A stretch of 64,000 nt of DNA from Diplonema japonicum (taxonomy: Eukaryota > Protista > Euglenozoa: Diplonemea), in NCBI GenBank assembly GCA_964019335.1, contig OZ025702.1, positions 124,001 to 188,000 on the forward strand. The letters run 5' to 3'. Made by a program: the position numbers and the translations under genes. Below the pieces are notes generated by a model that made no database searches, was not told where the DNA came from, and saw nothing but the letters and a program-made list of their open reading frames with translations. Of this stretch, positions 56,517 through 64,000 are shown piece by piece; the stretch's first letter is position 1; every line of letters starts with the position of its first letter.

Positions 56517-56914
56517 TTCTTTTTTTTTTCTTGTGTGTCGTTTGCTAAACGAACTCCTCACCGTCAAAGACATCTTTTCCCTTCTTTTTTATTGTTACAA
56601 ATATTCATCTTTCAAAAAAAAAAAAAAAAAAAAAAAAAGATATGAGCTCGTCCGGACGAAAATGTCAACACTTTTTTGGGCACTTCCGAAAATTTCTTGT
56701 TTTGATTATTTGAGCAAAAAAAGGGCATGACGCCGTTCTTTCAATTGCGATGCTTGTTTGCCATGAGGGTGGCAGGCTTTGCAACCGGCTGCCCCTAAGG
56801 GATTTTGGCCTTTTTCAGAAAAACCATTCTTAACACTTGCCTGCTCATGCAGAGCTTTGACATTGGTATCTTTGGGGTCAAACTTTCATTCTCTACCCAT
56901 CTTCTGAGGTTTTT

Positions 56915-56949
<35 letters not shown>

Positions 56950-57462
56950 ACTCATAATGCTTTAAAAGTGAAAATTTTGCTTTTTTAGGGGGTTTTAAAG
57001 GGATTCTAGCCTTAAATAGGCCAAAATGGCACTTTAAGGGTAAGTTCGAATTCACATTCATATTTCTCTCTTTTTTTTAATTCAGTACGCCAGGCGGTTT
57101 ATAAGCAACCAAAGCCATTCTTCTCTTTCTATTTTCTTTTCTTTCTTTTTTTTTGTTTAATACCCCTGTTGGCTTGTTCTGCCAGATAAAGCAGTACCCT
57201 ACATTACTTCAGACCTTCATAAACACTAGTGTATTTCCCGGTAGCCAGAAGTAGTCAGAATCATCAATAACTGCTTTCGTTGATCTTGCAATTTTGCAAC
57301 AACAGGTGCATTGAGATAAGCACGCACCATGCACTCCAGCCACACCCACTAGTACACACTTTCTATCGGTTGCTTTTTTAAATTACTGTAAACTGAAAAA
57401 AAATATCAGACGGACAAGGAAGGGGGAAAAAAACAAAAAAAGAGGAGGGGGTAAGAAAAGAA

Positions 57463-58374
57463 ATGCCGGCGAAGAAAGAAAAGGGAGAAGAAACACCTAC
57501 GAAACCAGCGGTGAACTATGAGGAGTTCATGAAGGAAGACGTAAAGGAGAGGTGCAAGGCGGAAGATGTCATCATGCAAACGAAAATTACAAATGAGATT
57601 CTAAGAGCAGGGAGCTCTCTGTGCTCCCCTGTCCCCCCTCCTGATACGGCGATGGTGGAAATTTACCCTAAAGGGTTGCAGGTGTGCATAGTCAAGCCAA
57701 GGTGCAGAATTTTCGACGCGAATCTCAAAAAAATGAAGGACGACATGAAATATAGCTGGGCTTTTGAAAACTTTGCGTTCAATGTGGGACACCCAGGGAA
57801 GGTCCTCGACCACATAGAGCACCCTGGCGTGGGGTACGTGACACACGTCGTTCAGCTGTTCACCAACACTTCTGAGTACAACGTCATAATGGTGCCTCCT
57901 GAGGCTCTTGGGCCATCGTGTTGGAAAGACCAGTTTGTGTTCATTCACGACATCGAAGGGAGGAGAGACACCGACAAAGACATTCGGTCGCATTATTCAA
58001 TCATCTCTGAAGAGCAATGGGCACACCCAGGCGAAATACGAAAACACCGTACTGCTCGAATCCTCTCTGTTGGTTTTTTCGCCGGTGACACCCACTGCTT
58101 GCTCAGGCTCGAGCCCCCTGGGCTTCCCGACGGCAAGTACTGCGTTTTTAGTGTGACCGCCATCAACGACACAGCGCAATGGTCAAAAAGCTCAAACCGC
58201 CCCTTGTACCACGAACACAGCACAAACGTTGTTCTTGATACGACTGACATCCCCCTGCGGGGCACCAACGCTGGCTCCGTTGGCCACGTCATCTCCCGGC
58301 CCTTCCGTGGGCAGCAGCAGAATGAGCTTCAGCAGTATCCCGTATGTTTTCTTTGGGAGGGTTTTTTGAATGGG

Positions 58375-58406
<32 letters not shown>

Positions 58407-58608
58407 TCATCTATTACCCTCCTCGGACTACCTCCAGCCTCCCAGTTCCCGACAATGCATATGGAGCTTCATATGGTACTTTGGATTTTTTTTTTTTTTT
58501 CTTTTGAATTTGAAAAAAAAAATTTTATTCTTTCGTGCAGAATCAACGTCCGAAATGAGCCGGCAGCAGTTGGCGGAAATTCGTGCTGGGTGCCCTATGG
58601 ACCCGTGA
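57463..58608 (+). CDS. Hypothetical protein, 3 exons
   Basis: Coding-like long first exon. Introns 58342-58405 and 58476-58540 give ...QQYP|VIYYPPRTTSSLPVPDNAYGASY|ESTSEMSRQQLAEIRAGCPMDP*. No family recognised. Confidence 0.7.
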
Positions 58609-58774
58609 TGATTGGGGGGAGGGGTGCTTTTTTTTTTTCCCCTCTTTTTTTTTTTTTTTTTTCTTTTGTCTTTTTTTTTTCTTTTCTTTCTTTGTTGCTT
58701 TCATTTCCCACCGCCCCCTTCTTGAATTTCAATTCGCTTTCTTTCACCGTTCAGCCTCCACCACAGGCCACTCA

Positions 58775-61375
58775 ATGCCGCCACCCATTGGGATGACAAA
58801 GACGAACATCCAACCTCCCAGGAGGCGGGATCAGAGTTCGTCAAGAAGGGATAGGGACAGGGACAGGGATAGAGATAGCAGTTCAACCCGCAAGCCAACC
58901 AGTGGGGATGGGAAGAAGGTACCTCCTGGAGTGCCTGCACCAAAGCTCAAGAAACCGACAAGGAGCACGAGTAGAGACGGGAGGAAGGACATAAGGGTGC
59001 CACCTGAAAGGCTACACAGGTCCGTAAAGAGCAGCACTCCACCACCCCCACGGGCGCGGGTAGCTGACTTCCTCGGCTCCCTTGGGGAGTCTATTAAGTC
59101 AAACGCCACCACGCAACGCTCTGCTGCGTCACGTCACTCCGCACGCACAGCTACTTCAGAAAAGCGCAACTACGCGTTCAGTGAGTCCTCCGCAAAGGAA
59201 GACATCCCTTCGCTGTACACCGCCAAGCGAGGGCCTGCACCGCCACCACCCCCTGCACCTCCACGAAAAGAAGAAGTGAAGGAAGATAAGAATGAGGAAC
59301 AAAACCCGAAAGAAAAAGAAGAGAAACCTAAGCCAGTCGACTACACAGCACTCTTGGAGAGCAGCATGAACAGCGTAAAGGAGGAGATCGACGTGTCCAG
59401 TCCCCCTCTTGACCAGTCGGAGTCTCCAGTTGTCCGTGCCTCGGTAAGGTCCCTCTCTGCGCTGTCTGAATCTTCCTTGGAGAAAGAAGACATGCTGCCC
59501 CCTAAGACGCCGGGCACCGGGCTGTCAGCAGGGATGCGCCTCGGCAACGTTCCCACGCCGGTGCGACCCGTGCCGCCTGCTAGGAACGTCAACGACACGT
59601 ATAAGTCCCAGTGGCAGGGCCTCATCGACGGGCAGAGCGATACCAGCGAGGAACCTTCACCTGCAGACCGCATCAGCAAAGCTGTCGAGCGCTCCAAAGC
59701 TGAGCAGGCCACCGCATCGCCACCCGAGTCCTCTATTTCGCAAATCATCTCCATCACCAACGACGACCTTGACGAAACAGAGCCGCAGTCACCATTACAA
59801 CTACCACGCGAGCCTGAGCCAAAACCAACGCCAGAGCCCGAACCTGAGAATGAGCATCACTATGAGCATCAGCCTCAGTCCGAACCCACCAAACACCTGT
59901 CGTATGGGGAACCCTCCCTTTCTCCATCACCTTCTCCAGCAACACGGACTTTGCAGTCTGAGGTGAACGTCCATGTCAACACTATTAACCTGCTGGAGAA
60001 GGAAAGGAACGCTATGTCGGAGAGGCTGCTGGTGTCCGAGGGTTTGGTCGATACTGTCAAGAGGGAAGCACGGGAGCGAGAGGAAGAGTACCTGCAGTCC
60101 ATCAGGGCGGCAGAGGTGACGAAGGGGGAGAACAAAAAACTAGTCGATGAGATCCAGCGTCTACGGGACGGCGTGGCTGCGGGGTGGACGGAGCACGAAG
60201 CACTGCGGAGCAAGGCGTCGGAGTCGGCGAGAAACCAGCGGGAGGTGGAGGTGCAGTTGATCAGGGCAAGGAGCATTGCTGAGAGGCATGACCAAGAACT
60301 GGACCAGTTCAGAAAGGAGACAGAGCGCGCAGAGCGTGACCAGGCTGTGGCAGAGCGGAAATGCGAACAGCTTGAGGTGCAGGTGCAGGCGCTGCAATTG
60401 GAGCTTCACAAACAAAAAGCTTATTTGGAAGAGAGCGAGACAAAGTGTGCAGAAGCACAGCGCCAGCTTGCGGCAATGAGAAAAGGTGAAAGCGAGGAAG
60501 TGAAGGAGTTGAAAGAAGAGCTTATCGCAATGGACGAGATGAGGGAGCAGTACTACAAAATGAAACAAGAGCTCAATACTCTGAAGTTCGCATCACGGGA
60601 ATCGGAAATCATCGAAACCCTGCGCACTGAAGTACGCATCCTCCGTGAGCGAGAGGCGACCAGGGGGCGTGAGGACACCCTTCTGCAGCAGCTAGACGTC
60701 GCAAAAACGGAGAACGACCAGTTGAAGTCGTCTCCGGTGATGTGCAGGGAAGTGCAGCTTCTGCACGAAGAGCTTGAAAAGGAACGGCAGGAAAAGCACC
60801 AGATGATGGTATCGAGCTCGAAGGCCCTGCTGGAAGGCGCGAAAGAAGCGGCTACAGAACTAGAAGAACTCCGCGAGCAGAACAAAGAAGCACAGACAGA
60901 AATCAGAACCCTGACAATGCAACTCCAGGCTGCACTGGCTGACAGGGACGTCACGCAGCAGGACTACTGGAACAAGCTTCTTGGGAAGTGTGAGGACCTT
61001 CTGTTGCCGAAGGAGGAAAAGGCGGGAAGCGTGTCAGCAAGAAGGGGCCGGGAGCCTGAAAGGGTGGCATACATGTCGCATAGCCTAGGCATGCCTCCTC
61101 GGTCCGCTTCGGCTTCAAGCAACACCAATGGGCACTTGGCCGTTGCTGTGTGCAACCAGTCCCTTGACCTCCCTTCACCGCCCAGGCTGGCGGGCAGATC
61201 ACCTTCGCCGGGCACTTTCACACCGTGTCCTGCTGACCCAAGGTATGAGCGAGGAAAAAGGAGGGGAAAAAAAAAAAGAAAAAAAAACACACACAGGCCT
61301 GCTTCTTCCCCTCCACGCCGTGTGGCGTCTGTTTCAGGGAGGATCCCCGCTGCACCTGTGCTCCGCAGGTGTTAA
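58775..61375 (+). CDS. Large protein with disordered N-half and long coiled coil
   Basis: Arg/Ser/Pro-rich N-terminus, about 350 aa of heptad-rich E/K/R/Q/L sequence, and an in-frame A-rich intron at 61243-61296. Confidence 0.8.
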   Translation: MPPPIGMTKTNIQPPRRRDQSSSRRDRDRDRDRDSSSTRKPTSGDGKKVPPGVPAPKLKKPTRSTSRDGRKDIRVPPERLHRSVKSSTPPPPRARVADFLGSLGESIKSNATTQRSAASRHSARTATSEKRNYAFSESSAKEDIPSLYTAKRGPAPPPPPAPPRKEEVKEDKNEEQNPKEKEEKPKPVDYTALLESSMNSVKEEIDVSSPPLDQSESPVVRASVRSLSALSESSLEKEDMLPPKTPGTGLSAGMRLGNVPTPVRPVPPARNVNDTYKSQWQGLIDGQSDTSEEPSPADRISKAVERSKAEQATASPPESSISQIISITNDDLDETEPQSPLQLPREPEPKPTPEPEPENEHHYEHQPQSEPTKHLSYGEPSLSPSPSPATRTLQSEVNVHVNTINLLEKERNAMSERLLVSEGLVDTVKREAREREEEYLQSIRAAEVTKGENKKLVDEIQRLRDGVAAGWTEHEALRSKASESARNQREVEVQLIRARSIAERHDQELDQFRKETERAERDQAVAERKCEQLEVQVQALQLELHKQKAYLEESETKCAEAQRQLAAMRKGESEEVKELKEELIAMDEMREQYYKMKQELNTLKFASRESEIIETLRTEVRILREREATRGREDTLLQQLDVAKTENDQLKSSPVMCREVQLLHEELEKERQEKHQMMVSSSKALLEGAKEAATELEELREQNKEAQTEIRTLTMQLQAALADRDVTQQDYWNKLLGKCEDLLLPKEEKAGSVSARRGREPERVAYMSHSLGMPPRSASASSNTNGHLAVAVCNQSLDLPSPPRLAGRSPSPGTFTPCPADPRYERGKRRGKKKRKKNTHRPASSPPRRVASVSGRIPAAPVLRRC

Positions 61376-61550
61376 AGGATGGAGGTGCGTAATTTGCAGT
61401 TATTTTAAAAAAAAAAAAAAAAATGAGAAAGAAGAAAAACACTGGCTTTTCCCACATTTAAAATGTGTTGAAAAAAAAGAAGAAAAAAAACCGAAAGAAA
61501 ACATCTAACTTTTAACATAATCTGTGTCAAAAAAAAGAAAAATAAGGAAG

Positions 61551-61581
<31 letters not shown>

Positions 61582-61923
61582 GAAAGGCTCTCCTTTGTAG
61601 TATTTTTCCGTATCCCCCCCTCCCCTCCCCCATTAATGTACTTTTCGCGGATTTTGCAAAAATTTCTTTGGTCGGTTCTTTATATATATAAAAAAAAAAA
61701 AAAACTCTCCCTTCCCCGTAGACTTCCCCATTATTTTTCTCCCCCCTGTTTATAGATGTAAGCCCCCCTTTCCCCAAGTTCATTCCCCGGAGCAAAAAAA
61801 AAAAAAAAAAAAAAAATAGACCCCCTAATTGTATTGCCCCGCAGTCCATTTATTTTTTATTTCAAACTTCAAAACACAGACACGCAACGCAAAAAAAAAA
61901 ATATATAAAAAATAATAATAAAA

Positions 61924-62904
61924 ATGCTGCGGAAAACAAAAATAATAAGGAAGATATCGAGCTCCTTGAGTGAAGCGATTGGAGGCACGCCGTTGGTCTC
62001 GCTAGATAGGTTGGTCGAGGCAGAGGGCGTGGAAGGGAGGATCTTGGCAAAGCTGGACATGCTGAACCCTGGGTTCAGCAAAAAGGACAGAGCGGCCTTG
62101 CAGATCATAACCGACGCAGAGGAGCAAGGCTTGCTCAAGAAAGGAACACCTGTAGTAGAACTGACCAGTGGAAACATGGGAACAGGCCTGGCCATTGTGT
62201 GCAGAAACAAAGGATACCGGTTCATAGCGGTTATGAGCAAAGGCAACAGTGAAGAAAGAAGGCGGATGATGAAGGCACTGGGGGCAGAGGTCATCATGGT
62301 AGACCAGCTACGTGAATCCAAACCCGGTCACGTCTCTGGAGGTGACCTAGCACTCGTCGAAAAAGAAGCCACGCTCCTTACAGAAAAACTGCACGCTTTT
62401 CGCGCCGATCAGTTCAACAGAGTCGGCAACCTTCGAGCCCACTACCTAACAACAGGCCCAGAGTACTGGGAACAAAGCAACGGCACAATCGATGCCTGGT
62501 GTGATTTTGTAGGCTCCGGGGGTACGTATGCTGGTGTAACGAAATACCTCAAAGAGCAGAACTCCGAAATCAAGTGCTACATCATCGAGCCAGTCGGTGC
62601 TGCTGCCATCAAGGGCGAGGCTATTGTGAATGTGGACCACCCCATACAGGGTGGTGGGTACGTGATCCCCGATCTTGCATTTTTGAGGCAAGTCCCGTGT
62701 GATGGGCATTTAACGGTTTCGGGCAAGGAGGCCTCTCATTACACGAGACTCCTTGCTTACGAGGAAGGCATCTTTGCAGGGTTTTCTTCGGGTGCAAACC
62801 TCGCTGGTGCGCTTGCCCTTCTCAGAGGACCTCTTCGGGGCAAGACTGTCGCGATCATGATCTGTGACTCGGGTTTGAAATACTTAAGCACTTCACTGTG
62901 GTAA
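61924..62904 (+). CDS. PLP-dependent cysteine synthase family enzyme (bacterial-like)
   Basis: IGGTPLV, AKLDMLNPGFSKKDR (PLP lysine), ELTSGNMG, DQFN..N..AHY.TTGPE, VGSGGT, IQGGG, EGIFAGFSSGANL, DSGLKYLST. Intronless. Confidence 0.9.
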   Translation: MLRKTKIIRKISSSLSEAIGGTPLVSLDRLVEAEGVEGRILAKLDMLNPGFSKKDRAALQIITDAEEQGLLKKGTPVVELTSGNMGTGLAIVCRNKGYRFIAVMSKGNSEERRRMMKALGAEVIMVDQLRESKPGHVSGGDLALVEKEATLLTEKLHAFRADQFNRVGNLRAHYLTTGPEYWEQSNGTIDAWCDFVGSGGTYAGVTKYLKEQNSEIKCYIIEPVGAAAIKGEAIVNVDHPIQGGGYVIPDLAFLRQVPCDGHLTVSGKEASHYTRLLAYEEGIFAGFSSGANLAGALALLRGPLRGKTVAIMICDSGLKYLSTSLW

Positions 62905-62946
62905 GGGAGGGGGAGTTGATAAACGTGTGTTTTAAAGTTTGCATTG

Positions 62947-62981
<35 letters not shown>

Positions 62982-63046
62982 CCCCTTCGGAAAATTTCCA
63001 ATATTCTTTTTATAATCAAAAAGGACACACCCGAAAAGAAAAAAAA

Positions 63047-63443
63047 ATGGTAAAATCAGCGTTGAAGGAAAAGGGGGCACCGAAGGGAGACGAAAAGGTT
63101 GTGAAGAAGGAAAGCAAAAAAGTTACCGTGGAAGGCGGAAAGAAGAAGAAAATCCAGAAGGAAAGGAGGGTGGTGAAGGACAAGAAAAATGGAGTGCTGT
63201 ATATCGGTCACATCCCCCACGGTTACTATGAGGGCCCGATGAGGACTTTTCTGAGCCAGTACGGGAAAATCAAGAGGTTGAGGCTGTCGAGGTCAAAGAA
63301 GTCGGGAGCGTCAAAGGGTATTAAATTACACGAAAACAAAAAAAAAAAAAAGGATACGGGTTTGTTCAGTTTGAAGATCCAGAAGTAGCTGCTGCAGTGG
63401 CGGAAGAACTCAACGGTCAATATGTAACAGGCAAGGTGTGTGT

Positions 63444-63488
<45 letters not shown>

Positions 63489-63951
63489 CCTCGAATTTTT
63501 TTCTCTTCCCCTCAGGTACTCAAAGTTGACCCTATGGACCCTGAGCAAGTGCACAAAAACCTTTGGAAAGGTCTTAAGGTCAAAACTCTTATGAGGAAGG
63601 ATGCCGACATCCGAATTAACGGGCACATACAGCATCATATTGAACTGGCCAAAAAGTCAATGGAACAAACATTGATGGAAAGTATTGCGACGGAAAGGCA
63701 GATAAACAAGAAACTGGGGGCAAAGGGCATCACATACAAATTCACCGGGTTCGAGGACCAGCTGAAGGTACTTGGAGTGGAGGTATGGAAATTGGGTTTA
63801 AAAAAAAAAAAAATTCTCATTTCAGTACGTCCCCAAAGCGAAAAAAACCGACGCCACCTCCGCAGGAAAACAGGCAAAGGCGGCTCCCATTGCTGCTGCG
63901 GTTGCAGCAGCAACACCCGCTCCCAAAAAAGCCAAAAAATCAAAGAAATAG
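63047..63951 (+). CDS. Nucleolar RRM protein (Nop15/NIFK-like), 4 exons
   Basis: [38 protein letters not shown]|[19 protein letters not shown], then VH.NLWKG and KL..KGI.Y.F. Introns 63318-63352, 63436-63515, 63783-63825. Confidence 0.88.
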
Positions 63952-64000
63952 TTTTTTATTTTTATTCCTTTTTCCGTTCTCCGCAAAACTCATTTTTTTT

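Overview
Eukaryotic nuclear DNA from a euglenozoan, most plausibly a diplonemid or another intron-containing, non-trypanosomatid lineage (inference). Lineage markers are a kinetoplastid-type SDH4, a BILBO1 N-terminal-domain protein, a trypanosomatid-type class III adenylate cyclase and a TMEM181-like/lipase fusion. About 23 well-supported genes and 2 weak small ORFs all lie on the + strand, as in a polycistronic gene cluster, separated by homopolymer-rich spacers. I reconstructed 26 tiny GT-AG introns (34-90 nt) by hand; many of them restore recognisable protein motifs. Most donors are GT(A/G)TG, half have a poly(A) run abutting the acceptor AG with no polypyrimidine tract, and in long genes they cluster at the extreme 3' end. 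Two gene-free ~4.6-kb gaps (11.3-16.0 kb and 52.8-57.5 kb) hold mobile-element relics. These include a 553-bp inverted-repeat-bounded element with a decayed tyrosine-recombinase (Crypton-like) fragment that is absent from the ORF track, and a TTAA-flanked MITE-like element. Several proteins have unusual architectures: Amt plus Cys/His finger, EF-hand-CAP-2xGrx-EF-hand, stand-alone CysRS anticodon-domain repeats, zinc finger-Schlafen, and WW-RING-YEATS. A cysteine synthase looks bacterial. All calls come from motif recognition without database searches, and homopolymer lengths may be assembly-inexact.
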